64,000 bases of DNA from Rhodospirillales bacterium (lineage in GTDB: Bacteria; Pseudomonadota; Alphaproteobacteria; CACIAM-22H2), in NCBI GenBank assembly GCA_016794025.1, contig JAEUKX010000027.1, forward strand, positions 11,222 to 75,221, read 5' to 3'. A model generated the notes under the pieces. It was not told the DNA's origin. It saw only the letters and a list, made by a program, of their open reading frames with translations, and made no database searches. The first letter of the stretch is position 1. Every line of letters begins with the position of its first letter. The translations under genes and the position numbers were made by a program. Shown piece after piece: positions 40,549 through 50,058 of this stretch.

Positions 40549-40549
40549 C

Positions 40550-42259
40550 ATGTCGACGAAGATCTCGCGCAAGGCCTATGCGGGCATGTACGGGCCAACG
40601 GTGGGCGACCGCGTCCGGCTCGGCGACACCGACCTGTTCATCGAGGTCGAGAAGGATCTCACTGTCTACGGCGAGGAAGTGAAATTCGGCGGCGGCAAGG
40701 TCATCCGCGACGGCATGGGACAGGGCCAGCGCAGCCGGCGCGAAGGCGCGGTCGATACGGTCATCACGAACGCCCTCGTCCTCGACTGGTGGGGCGTGGT
40801 CAAGTGCGACATCGGCATAAGGGACGGGAAGATCGCCGGCCTCGGCAAGTCCGGCAATCCGGACATCCAGCCGGGCGTGGATATCGTCGTGGGACCGGGC
40901 ACCGAGGTCATCGCGGGCGAGGGCCGGATCGTCACGGCCGGCGGAATCGACGCGCATATCCATTTCATCTGCCCGCAGCAGGTCGAGGATGCGCTCTATT
41001 CCGGCCTTACGACGCTTATGGGCGGCGGTACCGGCCCGGCGGCCGGGACTTCCGCGACGACCTGCACGCCCGGCCCCTGGCATCTTCACCGAATGCTGGA
41101 AGCGGCCGAGGGCCTGCCGATAAATCTCGGTTTCTTCGGCAAGGGCAACGCGTCCGCCGCGGCGCCGATGGTGGAAATGGTGCGCGCGGGCGCCTGCGCC
41201 ATGAAGCTGCACGAGGACTGGGGCACGACGCCCAACGCCATCGACACCTGCCTCAAGGTCGCCGACCGCCACGACATCCAGGTGGCGATCCATACCGACA
41301 CGCTCAACGAGAGTGGCTTCGTCGAGGACACGGTCGCCGCCTTCAAGGGGCGCACGATTCACGCGTTCCACACCGAAGGCGCCGGTGGCGGACATGCGCC
41401 TGACATCATCAAGGTCGTCGGCCTGCCCAACGTCCTGCCGTCCTCGACCAACCCGACACGCCCCTTCACGGTCAACACGATCGACGAGCATCTCGACATG
41501 CTCATGGTCTGCCACCATCTCGACCAGCGCATTCCCGAGGACGTCGCGTTTGCCGAGAGCCGCATCCGGCGCGAGACGATCGCTGCGGAGGACATCTTCC
41601 ACGACATCGGCGCGATTTCGATGATGAGTTCGGACAGCCAGGCGATGGGCCGCATCGGCGAGGTCATCGCGCGTACCTGGCAGACCGCGCACAAGATGAA
41701 GACCCAGCGCGGCCGTCTCTCCGAGGAGAAGGGCGACAACGACAATTTCCGCGCCCGGCGCTACGTCGCCAAATACACGATCAATCCGGCAATCGCGCAG
41801 GGCATTGCCGGGTATGTCGGTTCGGTCGAGAAGGGCAAGTATGCCGATCTCGTCCTGTGGCAGCCGGCGTTCTTCGGCGCCAAGCCCGAAATGGTGCTGA
41901 AATGCGGGACGATCGCCGCCGCACCGATGGGCGATCCCAATGCGTCGATCCCCACGCCGCAGCCCGTTCACTACCGCCCGATGTTCGCAACTTTCGGCAA
42001 GGCGCTTGGCTCGTCGTGCCTGACATTCGTCTCGAAGCTGGCGCATGAGGACAACATCGCGCGCAAGCTCGGCCTCTCGCGAACGGTCCTGCCGGTCCGC
42101 AACACGCGCAAGATCGGCAAGAAGGACATGCGCCTCAACGACGCGATGCCGCGTGTCGACGTCGATCCGGAGACCTACGAAGTTCGCGCCGACGGCACGC
42201 CGATCACATGCGAGCCCGCGAAGGTCCTGCCGCTGGCGCAGCGCTATTTCCTGTTCTGA
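40550..42259 (+). CDS. ureC: Urease subunit alpha
   Basis: [58 protein letters not shown]. Confidence 0.97.
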   Translation: MSTKISRKAYAGMYGPTVGDRVRLGDTDLFIEVEKDLTVYGEEVKFGGGKVIRDGMGQGQRSRREGAVDTVITNALVLDWWGVVKCDIGIRDGKIAGLGKSGNPDIQPGVDIVVGPGTEVIAGEGRIVTAGGIDAHIHFICPQQVEDALYSGLTTLMGGGTGPAAGTSATTCTPGPWHLHRMLEAAEGLPINLGFFGKGNASAAAPMVEMVRAGACAMKLHEDWGTTPNAIDTCLKVADRHDIQVAIHTDTLNESGFVEDTVAAFKGRTIHAFHTEGAGGGHAPDIIKVVGLPNVLPSSTNPTRPFTVNTIDEHLDMLMVCHHLDQRIPEDVAFAESRIRRETIAAEDIFHDIGAISMMSSDSQAMGRIGEVIARTWQTAHKMKTQRGRLSEEKGDNDNFRARRYVAKYTINPAIAQGIAGYVGSVEKGKYADLVLWQPAFFGAKPEMVLKCGTIAAAPMGDPNASIPTPQPVHYRPMFATFGKALGSSCLTFVSKLAHEDNIARKLGLSRTVLPVRNTRKIGKKDMRLNDAMPRVDVDPETYEVRADGTPITCEPAKVLPLAQRYFLF

Positions 42260-42708
42260 TGCGGGCGCTTGCGGTCGATCCGGCCGGGACGTGGGATACC
42301 GCGCGCCGGCGCGGCCATGTGACGCTCGCCTCCGACCAGCGTCATCGGCGGCGCATCTCCATGCGCGCCGACGAAGGATTCGAGTTTCTCCTCGACCTCG
42401 TTCATGCCGCGCACCTGCGCGCGGGCGACGGGCTGGCGCTGGAGGATGGCAGCTATGTCGAGGTGCGCGCGGCCGACGAGCCCGTGATGGACATCAGTTG
42501 TGCGGATCCGGCCCATCTGGCGCGCGTCGCCTGGCACGTCGGCAACCGGCATCTTGCCGTACAGGTTCTGCCCGGCGGCAGTCTTCGTCTGGCCGACGAC
42601 TACGTGATTGCGGAGATGGCCGGGATGCTCGGCGCGAAGGTTGAGCGCAAGGTGGGACCGTTCGACCCGGAGCCGGGGGCCTATGCCGGGGCGGCGCATG
42701 CGCACTGA
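42259..42708 (+). CDS. ureE: Urease accessory protein UreE
   Basis: ATG overlaps the ureC stop by 1 nt. Position, size (149 aa) and LAWHVGNRH-like motif (RVAWHVGNRHL). Confidence 0.85.
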   Translation: MRALAVDPAGTWDTARRRGHVTLASDQRHRRRISMRADEGFEFLLDLVHAAHLRAGDGLALEDGSYVEVRAADEPVMDISCADPAHLARVAWHVGNRHLAVQVLPGGSLRLADDYVIAEMAGMLGAKVERKVGPFDPEPGAYAGAAHAH

Positions 42709-43384
42709 GGGATTGCCGCGACTGCTTGCCTGGCTGTCGCCCTCCTTTCCGGTGGGGGCCTTTGCGTACAGCCACGCGCTGGAGGCCGCGATAGAGGAGG
42801 GGTTCGTGCGCGAGCGTGATTCGCTTCGCGCATGGATCTCGGACGTTCTCGCGCACGGCAGTGCAAGAACGGACGCCATCTTCTTTCGCCATGCCCATGC
42901 CGCCGTGATGGCAGGCGACGAGAGCGCATTTGTCGAGGTGGCCGAACTCGCGGCCGCAATGCGGGGCACGGCGGAACTGTCGCTTGAAGCAACACAGCAG
43001 GGCGAAAGTTTTCTTGCGGCCATTGGCGATGCCTGGCCGGTCGATATCGCGCCATGGCGCGCGCGGCTGGCGCTTGCAGGCATCAGGCCTTCCTATCCCG
43101 TCTCGGTTGCGTGCGCCGCCGCGAGCGCGGCGATACCGGTCGACGACGCGTTGTGCGCCTTCCTGCATGCATTCGCGGCGAATCTCGTCTCCGCCGCCGT
43201 CCGTGCGATTCCGCTTGGTCAGACCGACGGCCAGCGGACCCTCGCAGCACTCGAACCCGACGTCGATGCGGCCGTCGCAGCTTCGGCCGGTTGCGCGCTC
43301 GACGCGGCCGGGGGCGCTGCGCTGGCTGTCGACGCGCTCTCGTTCCGCCACGAAATCCAGTACACGAGGATATTCAGATCATGA
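42698..43384 (+). CDS. ureF: Urease accessory protein UreF
   Basis: [22 protein letters not shown]-terminal motif. ATG 42698 (42683 is an alternative). Confidence 0.85.
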   Translation: MRTEGLPRLLAWLSPSFPVGAFAYSHALEAAIEEGFVRERDSLRAWISDVLAHGSARTDAIFFRHAHAAVMAGDESAFVEVAELAAAMRGTAELSLEATQQGESFLAAIGDAWPVDIAPWRARLALAGIRPSYPVSVACAAASAAIPVDDALCAFLHAFAANLVSAAVRAIPLGQTDGQRTLAALEPDVDAAVAASAGCALDAAGGAALAVDALSFRHEIQYTRIFRS

Positions 43385-44007
43385 CCGGACCCCTGCGAGT
43401 TGGAATCGGCGGCCCAGTCGGCTCGGGCAAGACCGCGCTGGTGGATGCGCTTTGCAAGCATCTGCGCGACGTGCTCGACGTCGCGGCGATCACGAACGAC
43501 ATCTACACGAAGGAGGATGCGCAGTTCCTTACGCGCTCCGGTGCGCTCGACCCGTCGCGTATCATGGGCGTGGAGACGGGCGGCTGCCCGCATACCGCGA
43601 TCCGGGAAGACGCGTCGATGAATCTCGCCGCCTGTGCCGAGATGACCGCGAAGTTTCCCGGCCTCGAGCTTCTGTTCGTCGAATCGGGCGGCGACAATCT
43701 CGCCGCAACATTCTCGCCGGAGCTCGCCGACATCACGATCTACGTGATCGACGTTTCGGCGGGCGACAAGATCCCGCGCAAGGGTGGACCTGGCATCACG
43801 CGCTCAGATCTGCTCGTGATCAACAAGATCGATCTGGCGCCGCATGTCGGCGCCTCGCTCGAAGTGATGGACCGCGACGCTCGGAAGATGCGCGGCGATC
43901 GGCCCTTCATCTTCACGCAGATCAAGGCGGGCAAGGGCGTCGCCGACATCGCGGGATTCATCTGCGCCAAGGGCGGCCTCAGTCCCCGCCCGCGCAAGGC
44001 CGCCTGA
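43381..44007 (+). CDS. ureG: Urease accessory GTPase UreG
   Basis: [12 protein letters not shown]-loop, [15 protein letters not shown]. Confidence 0.95.
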   Translation: MTGPLRVGIGGPVGSGKTALVDALCKHLRDVLDVAAITNDIYTKEDAQFLTRSGALDPSRIMGVETGGCPHTAIREDASMNLAACAEMTAKFPGLELLFVESGGDNLAATFSPELADITIYVIDVSAGDKIPRKGGPGITRSDLLVINKIDLAPHVGASLEVMDRDARKMRGDRPFIFTQIKAGKGVADIAGFICAKGGLSPRPRKAA

Positions 44008-44008
44008 G

Positions 44009-45259
44009 ATGGAGAGCGGAATGCGTGCGTCGGATCGCGTCGATGAAGGCCGACTGTGGCAGCGCCATGTCGACATGGCAAAGCTCGGCGGACTGCCGAA
44101 GGGCGGGGTCAACAGGCAGGCGCTGTCACCCGAGGATGCGGCCGCTCGCCGCCAGCTTGGCGCATGGGCCGCGGCGCGGGGCTTCGATGTCTACGGCGAC
44201 CCGATCGGAAATCTCTATGTCCGCCGCGCCGGCATCCAGGAAGATGCGCCGCCGGTGCTCACGGGCTCGCACATGGACAGCCAGCCGACGGGCGGCAAAT
44301 ACGACGGCATGTACGGCGTGCTGGCAGGGTTCGAAGCGCTCGAAGCGCTTGAGGATTCCGGCATCCGCACCAAGCGCCCCATTGCAGTCGTCGCCTGGGT
44401 CAATGAGGAGGGCAGCCGCTTCCAGCCAGGGGCGATGGGCTCCGCGGTCTGGGGAGGCGACTACCCGCTCGATTCGATGCTTGCCGTGACGGACCGATCC
44501 GGCAAGCGCCTTGGCGACGCGCTTGCCGAGACTCTCGCGGCAGCCCCGTGCCGGGTCGTTTCCGGATTCGACCGGCGGTTCCACGCGTACATCGAAGCGC
44601 ATATCGAACAGGGCCCGCGACTGGAGGCCGAAGGATGCGCGATCGGCGTGGTAACCGGCATCCAGGGTTCGCAGCGCTACACGGTCGACATCTCCGGCGA
44701 GGAGGCGCACGCCGGGACGACCCCTTTGCGGGTGCGCAAGGACGCACTGCGCAGCGCAATTTCGGTTGTCGAGGCACTGCAGCGCCACATGCACGACCCC
44801 GAGGACGTGGTGCGGTTCACGGTCGGCAGGTTCGAATGCCGCCCGGGCTCCCCCAACACGGTTCCGGGCCACGTCCATTTTACGATCGACTTTCGCCATC
44901 CCGACGCCGGGGTTCTCGCCCGGCTGGGCGGGGGGATCGAGCGCGTCGTCGCGGCAAGCGCGGGGCCCTGCACCGCGACCGTCGCGCGCATCACGGACGT
45001 GGCGCCGACCGTCTTCGATCCGCGCATTGTCGGGCTCGTGCGCGCGAAGGCCGAGGCGCTCGGTCTTGCGAACATGGACATGCCCTCAGGCGCCGGCCAC
45101 GACGCGATGCATGTCGCTCCGCACGGGCCGGCAGGCATGATCTTCGTGCCGTGCGAACGCGGCATCAGCCACAACGAGGCGGAAGCCGCAAGACCTGGCG
45201 ATCTGGCGGCAGGCGCCCGCGTTCTGGCGGACTGTCTGACTGAACTCGCAAACGAATGA
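44009..45259 (+). CDS. M20 family Zn-dependent amidohydrolase (allantoate amidohydrolase / N-carbamoyl-amino-acid hydrolase type)
   Basis: GSHMDSQPTGGKYDGMYGVLAGFEAL, EEGSRF, and ISHNEAE motifs of the AllC/AmaB group. Start at 44009 or 44021 (GGAGAG upstream). Confidence 0.8.
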   Translation: MESGMRASDRVDEGRLWQRHVDMAKLGGLPKGGVNRQALSPEDAAARRQLGAWAAARGFDVYGDPIGNLYVRRAGIQEDAPPVLTGSHMDSQPTGGKYDGMYGVLAGFEALEALEDSGIRTKRPIAVVAWVNEEGSRFQPGAMGSAVWGGDYPLDSMLAVTDRSGKRLGDALAETLAAAPCRVVSGFDRRFHAYIEAHIEQGPRLEAEGCAIGVVTGIQGSQRYTVDISGEEAHAGTTPLRVRKDALRSAISVVEALQRHMHDPEDVVRFTVGRFECRPGSPNTVPGHVHFTIDFRHPDAGVLARLGGGIERVVAASAGPCTATVARITDVAPTVFDPRIVGLVRAKAEALGLANMDMPSGAGHDAMHVAPHGPAGMIFVPCERGISHNEAEAARPGDLAAGARVLADCLTELANE

Positions 45260-45268
45260 AGGCGGAAT

Positions 45269-46279
45269 TCAACTGTCGGCGCGCTCGCCGGGCAGCAGGA
45301 TGGTAGCGCGCGCTGCACCCTCGGCCGTCATCGTGATCTCCAGATGTCCGCCGTGCTGCTCGGCATAGCGGCGGACGATCGCCAGAGCGATACCGGCGCC
45401 GGGTGCACGGCGCTGGTAGGCGTGATCAGGCCCGAACACGGTCTCCGGCCGGGGCGCGGGCTGCGAAGTTCCCTGGTCCGAAACCCAGAGGGCGATCGCG
45501 CCGACGGCATTGCGGCCGAGCCCCACGGTGACCGTGCCGCCTGAAGGCGTGAAGCGCACGGCGTTGGCAAGCAGGTCGAGGATCGCCTTCGAGAGTTTGC
45601 GGGCATCGGCGCGCACGACCAGCGGTTCGCCCGGAAGGTCGTCGGCAAGATTGACGCCGCGCGCATCCGCCGCCGCCCGGATCAGATCGCGCTGCGCGCG
45701 CACCAGTGCCGCAAGGTCGACGCGCACCTCGTTGACGCGTTCGGCTGCTCCGTCGTCGCGCGCAACCTCGAGCAGCTCGCCCACGATGCCGGCCAGAAGC
45801 TCGGTGCCCGCGTGGATGGAAGCGAGATAGCCGCGCTGCTTTTCGGTGAGCGGGCCGCCGATTCCGCGTTCGAGCATCTGCACGAAACCGAGCACGGCGT
45901 TCAGCGGCGTGCGAAGCTCGTGGCTTGCGGTCGCGATGAAGACATCGCCGGCAAGCTTGGTTTCCGGGAGCTGCGGACGGAGCACCACCATGTAGCCGTT
46001 GGCCGTCCGCATCGCGTCGACATTGACGAGCTTCAGCCGGCCCGACGCATCGAACATCGGCAGTTCCGCATCGCCGCCGGTCTTCAGAGTCGAGACGAGA
46101 CGTTCGCGGCAATTGTCGTCGACGGCGAGTTCTCCGACCGTCGCCGGCGCCGTACCGAAGTCGCGCGCGAAAGCTGCGTTTGCGAACACGACATGGCCGG
46201 CGAAGGTCACGCGTACGACCGGGTCGTTGACCCGCTCGGCGAGCGCATCGAGCGCAAGTTCGACTGAAATGGCGTTCAT
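45269..46279 (-). CDS. Soluble sensor histidine kinase (PAS-like N-terminus, HisKA, HATPase_c)
   Basis: H-box ATASHELRTPLNAVLGF, N-box LLANAVRFTP, and G-box-like GAGIALAIV. No transmembrane segment seen. Confidence 0.8.
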   Translation of the reverse strand: MNAISVELALDALAERVNDPVVRVTFAGHVVFANAAFARDFGTAPATVGELAVDDNCRERLVSTLKTGGDAELPMFDASGRLKLVNVDAMRTANGYMVVLRPQLPETKLAGDVFIATASHELRTPLNAVLGFVQMLERGIGGPLTEKQRGYLASIHAGTELLAGIVGELLEVARDDGAAERVNEVRVDLAALVRAQRDLIRAAADARGVNLADDLPGEPLVVRADARKLSKAILDLLANAVRFTPSGGTVTVGLGRNAVGAIALWVSDQGTSQPAPRPETVFGPDHAYQRRAPGAGIALAIVRRYAEQHGGHLEITMTAEGAARATILLPGERADS

Positions 46280-46383
46280 GTGATCCGAAGTCCGGCCGGG
46301 ACGACCGGCTCTTGCCTTGATTCAAGCGCAAGCGGGCCGGGCGTGCAAGCGCGGCGGTCGGAAAAATCCGGCAATATCTTCAG

Positions 46384-47178
46384 TTAACCCTTTGCACGGG
46401 CAGCCGAAATCTCGTCGCGCAGGCGATGGACGATGTCGACGAAATCCGGCCGGAACGCGATATCCGGCAGGCGCGGCCGGGCGAATCCGACCGGGTTTGT
46501 CGATACGACCCGACCGGGCCGCGCGCTCATCATCACGACCCGATCGGACAGATAGACCGCCTCGCGCAGGTCGTGCGTGATGAGGATTACGGTCGGCCGT
46601 TTCTTGATCCAAAGCGTCTGGACGACGTCCCAAAGCTCCTCGCGCGTGAAGGCGTCGAGAGCGGCGAACGGCTCGTCAAGGAGCAGCAGTTCCGGGCTGT
46701 GGATAAGGGCACGGCACAGGGAGCCGCGTTGCTGCATGCCGCCGGAAAGCTGCCAGGGGAACTTTTCCTCGAAGCCGGAAAGGCCGACCGTCGAAAGCAG
46801 CTCTCGGGCCGCCACCACATGCTTCTCCCTGTCGCGGCGGAATGTCCGCGCGTGCGGCTCGACGATCTCGAGCGGCAGCAGCACGTTGTCCATCAGCGTC
46901 CGCCAGGGAAGCATGATCGAATTCTGGAAAGCCATGCCGCAGATCTTGAGCGGCCCGGTGACCTCCTGCCCGCCGACGACGACGTTTCCAGTCGTTGCCG
47001 TGTGCAGGCCCGAGACAAGCTTCAGGAGGGTTGATTTCCCGCACCCGGACGGTCCGACGACGGACACGAATTCGCCCTTCGCGATCTTGATGTCGGCATC
47101 CTTGAGCGCCAGTGTCTCGCCGTCCTTCGTTCGATAGACGAGGCTCACGCGGTCGATATCGACGAAGTCGTTCGTCAT
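46384..47178 (-). CDS. ABC transporter ATP-binding protein (NitT/TauT nitrate/sulfonate/bicarbonate type), no adjacent permease or SBP
   Basis: [32 protein letters not shown]. Start MTNDFVDIDRVSLVY at 47178. Confidence 0.85.
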   Translation of the reverse strand: MTNDFVDIDRVSLVYRTKDGETLALKDADIKIAKGEFVSVVGPSGCGKSTLLKLVSGLHTATTGNVVVGGQEVTGPLKICGMAFQNSIMLPWRTLMDNVLLPLEIVEPHARTFRRDREKHVVAARELLSTVGLSGFEEKFPWQLSGGMQQRGSLCRALIHSPELLLLDEPFAALDAFTREELWDVVQTLWIKKRPTVILITHDLREAVYLSDRVVMMSARPGRVVSTNPVGFARPRLPDIAFRPDFVDIVHRLRDEISAARAKG

Positions 47179-47270
47179 GGTTCCGGACACCTGCGGCCTG
47201 CCCCGATCGTGCGTCGCTTTCAGGAGCCGTTTCGAGCAAGCCCCGTGCCGCAACTCTGCCGTACCGGACG

Positions 47271-47284
47271 CCTTGCGCGCAAGG
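47271..47284. promoter_or_regulatory. Perfect 14-bp palindrome upstream of uraD (candidate operator)
   Basis: CCTTGCGCGCAAGG, 44-57 nt upstream of the uraD ATG. Confidence 0.35.
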
Positions 47285-47327
47285 CGCTGAACTTGTCGCC
47301 GGGGCGCCGCCCAATTATGGTCGCGGT

Positions 47328-47849
47328 ATGGCTACGCCCCTGTCCATCGGCGCCGTAAATGCCTTGCCGACCATGCATTTCATCGAAATATTCGGTCGTG
47401 TGTTCGAGCACGCACCGTGGGTCGCCGAGCGTGTCGCGGGCCTCCGCCCGTTCGCCGACCGTCGTGCCCTTCACCGTGCGATGGGCGACGTCGTGGCATC
47501 GGCAGATCGCGCGCGAAAGCTGGCACTGATTCAGGGGCACCCGGAACTGGCGGGCAAGGCCGCGATCGACCGGTCCCTGACCGCGGAATCTGCGGCCGAG
47601 CAGGGTGGGGCCGGGCTCGATAGGCTGACGGCCGAGGAATACGAGCGCTTTCACCGCCTCAACGGCGCCTATCGTGCGAGGTTCGGCTTCCCGTTCATCC
47701 TTGCCGTGCGCGGCCTCGACAAGCATGCGATCCTTGCGGCGTTCGAACGGCGCGTGGGCGCAGACGAGGCGGCGGAATTCGACGAGGCCTTGCGGCAGAT
47801 TGCGCGCATCACCGAATTCCGTCTGGGCGACCTCGTGGCCGACAGTTGA
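47328..47849 (+). CDS. uraD: 2-oxo-4-hydroxy-4-carboxy-5-ureidoimidazoline (OHCU) decarboxylase
   Basis: FGRVFEHAPWVAERV, LIQGHPELAGK, and FPFILAVRG motifs of UraD. Confidence 0.9.
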   Translation: MATPLSIGAVNALPTMHFIEIFGRVFEHAPWVAERVAGLRPFADRRALHRAMGDVVASADRARKLALIQGHPELAGKAAIDRSLTAESAAEQGGAGLDRLTAEEYERFHRLNGAYRARFGFPFILAVRGLDKHAILAAFERRVGADEAAEFDEALRQIARITEFRLGDLVADS

Positions 47850-47860
47850 AGGGAACCGGC

Positions 47861-48214
47861 ATGGCGAAACTATCGACCCACGTGCTCGACACGATGAATG
47901 GCCGCCCGGCGGCGGGAATGACGATCGAGTTCCTCGCGCTCGAACCGGCCGGTCCCCGGCTGCTCGGAACATTCACGACGAACGCCGACGGGCGGACCGA
48001 CCGGCAGCTTCTCGACGCCGCAACCTATCGGCCCGGCCGGTACGAGCTTCGTTTCGATGTGGCAACGTATTTCCGTGCGACGGGCCTGCAATTGCCGGAC
48101 CCGCCGTTTCTTGACGTCGTGCGCATCGACTTCGGGCTCGCCGAGGCGGATGGCAGCTATCACGTGCCGCTCCTTGTTTCGCCATGGAGCTACTCCACCT
48201 ACCGCGGTTCCTGA
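47861..48214 (+). CDS. hiuH: 5-hydroxyisourate hydrolase (transthyretin-like)
   Basis: MAKLSTHVLDTMNGRPAAGM..., and C-terminal YSTYRGS tetrapeptide context typical of HIU hydrolases. Confidence 0.93.
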   Translation: MAKLSTHVLDTMNGRPAAGMTIEFLALEPAGPRLLGTFTTNADGRTDRQLLDAATYRPGRYELRFDVATYFRATGLQLPDPPFLDVVRIDFGLAEADGSYHVPLLVSPWSYSTYRGS

Positions 48215-48232
48215 GGACCGGAAGAGGACCAG

Positions 48233-49150
48233 ATGTCGTTCATGCCGATGTTCCAGGAGTGGATCGATCTCGTCGTGCGCTGGACGCATGTCATCACCGG
48301 GATCGCGTGGATCGGGTCTTCGTTCTATTTCAACTGGCTGGAATCGAAATTCCGTACGCCCGAGTTGGCGCGCGATCGCGTGGAGGGCGAGGCGTGGCTC
48401 GTCCATGGCGGCGGCTTCTATCGCGTCGAGAAATTCGCCGTGGCGCCGCCCACGCTCCCCAAGGAACTCCACTGGTTCAAGTGGGAGGCGGGGTTCACGT
48501 GGATGTCCGGCGTGCTTCTGCTGGCCGTGGTCTACTATGTCGGTTCGGAAGGATCGTTCCTGACGCACCCGGCGCTGGCCGGCATCGGCTCGTTCGGCGC
48601 CATGATCTTTTCGCTGTTCGTGATCGCGGCCATGTGGGTCGTTTACGACCGACTGTGGAAGAGCGCCTGGGCCGAGAACCACCCGACGGCCGCGACCTGC
48701 GCGACGTTCGCCATACTTGTCGCTCTCGCCGGCGGGCTTACCCAGGTCATGGCGCCGCATGCCGCGTACATCCATGTCGGCGCCACGATCGGCACAATCA
48801 TGACGGCGAACGTGTGGATGATCATCATCCCCAACCAGCGCGAACTTGTCGATGCGACGCGCGAGGGGCGCCCGCCGCAGTTCCGCTTCGCCAAGCAGGC
48901 GAAGTTCCGGTCTCTCCATAACAACTATTTCACGCTGCCCGTCGTCTTCATCATGCTGTCGAAGAACTACGCGACGACGTGGGGAAGCGAATGGAACTGG
49001 GCGATCCTCGCGGGTCTCGGGTGCGTGGGAGCGACGGTCCGCCACTTCTTCAACCTGCGCAACAGGGACCGAGCCGGCGAAGCCTACTGGGTCTGGCCCG
49101 CGGCGGCGGCAATGATGGCCGCGCTCTTCTACGCCGCGACGCGCGGCTGA
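48233..49150 (+). CDS. puuD: PuuD-like integral membrane urate hydroxylase domain protein (no cytochrome c domain)
   Basis: WIDLVVRWTHVITGIAWIGSSFYFNWLE is the characteristic N-terminus. Several TM helices. No CxxCH motif anywhere in the 305 aa. Confidence 0.7.
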   Translation: MSFMPMFQEWIDLVVRWTHVITGIAWIGSSFYFNWLESKFRTPELARDRVEGEAWLVHGGGFYRVEKFAVAPPTLPKELHWFKWEAGFTWMSGVLLLAVVYYVGSEGSFLTHPALAGIGSFGAMIFSLFVIAAMWVVYDRLWKSAWAENHPTAATCATFAILVALAGGLTQVMAPHAAYIHVGATIGTIMTANVWMIIIPNQRELVDATREGRPPQFRFAKQAKFRSLHNNYFTLPVVFIMLSKNYATTWGSEWNWAILAGLGCVGATVRHFFNLRNRDRAGEAYWVWPAAAAMMAALFYAATRG

Positions 49151-49176
49151 GGGCGGCTTCCCCGGATGCCGTCGCC

Positions 49177-50058
49177 ATGACACTTGCTTCGCCGCCGGGG
49201 CGTACCTGGATCGGGATCCTGCTGTTCTGCGGCACGACGCTTTGCTTCGCCGCGCTGGATACCGGTGCGAAATACCTGACGATCGACCACCATCCGCTGC
49301 AGGTCGTGTGGGGTCGGTATTTCTTCCAGTTTCTCCTGCTCATACCGGTCTTCGCGCGGCGTGGATTGCGGCGATCCTTCGCAAGCACCCGGCCGCGCGT
49401 GCAGATCGGCCGGGCGCTCCTCATCAGCGTGATCACGTTCCTGTTCTTCTTGTCCATCAGCCATATCCCGCTGGTCGATGCGCAGGCGATCAGCTTCACG
49501 ATGCCCTTGATCCTGACGGTCCTGGCGTTCTTTTTCCTCAAGGAGAAGGTCGGTCCCCGCCGCTGGGCGGCCGTTGTCGTGGGGTTTCTCGGCGTCCTGC
49601 TTATCATCCGGCCGACGGGCGGCGCGGTGCATTGGGCAGCCCTAGTCTGCCTTGCAAGTGCCGCGCTCAATGCGGGTTTCCATCTGCTGACGCGCACACT
49701 TGCTGCCGCCGATCCCCCGGATGTCGGCATCGCTTATGCCGGCACGATCGGTACGGCGGTCTTTTCACTGGTGGTTCCCTTTGTCTGGACGACGCCGGAA
49801 CCGGGGGCCTGGGCTGTCTTCGCCGCAATCGGCGCGATGGGGCTGATCGGGCATTACTGGCTCAGCCAATCCTACATCTACGCCCGCGCGGTTGTTCTGG
49901 CGCCCTATGTCTATCTCCAGATCGTATGGGTGATGGTCCTCGGCTTCCTGCTGTTCGGGGCCATACCGTCTGCGTCGACGCTGACGGGTGCTGGAATCGT
50001 CATTGCGGCAGGGATATACGTCTTCCACCGCGAACGGCTGGTGCGGGGCGAAAAGTGA
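49177..50058 (+). CDS. DMT (EamA) family transporter
   Basis: 10-TM-like pattern in two EamA halves. Start MTLASPPGRTWIGILLFCGTTLCFAALD. Confidence 0.8.
   Translation: MTLASPPGRTWIGILLFCGTTLCFAALDTGAKYLTIDHHPLQVVWGRYFFQFLLLIPVFARRGLRRSFASTRPRVQIGRALLISVITFLFFLSISHIPLVDAQAISFTMPLILTVLAFFFLKEKVGPRRWAAVVVGFLGVLLIIRPTGGAVHWAALVCLASAALNAGFHLLTRTLAAADPPDVGIAYAGTIGTAVFSLVVPFVWTTPEPGAWAVFAAIGAMGLIGHYWLSQSYIYARAVVLAPYVYLQIVWVMVLGFLLFGAIPSASTLTGAGIVIAAGIYVFHRERLVRGEK

Noticed and set aside
45269-46279. The soluble histidine kinase might be the missing PhoR.
   Set aside because: It has no transmembrane segment, lies 33 kb from the pst-phoB locus, and is not adjacent to any phosphate gene.
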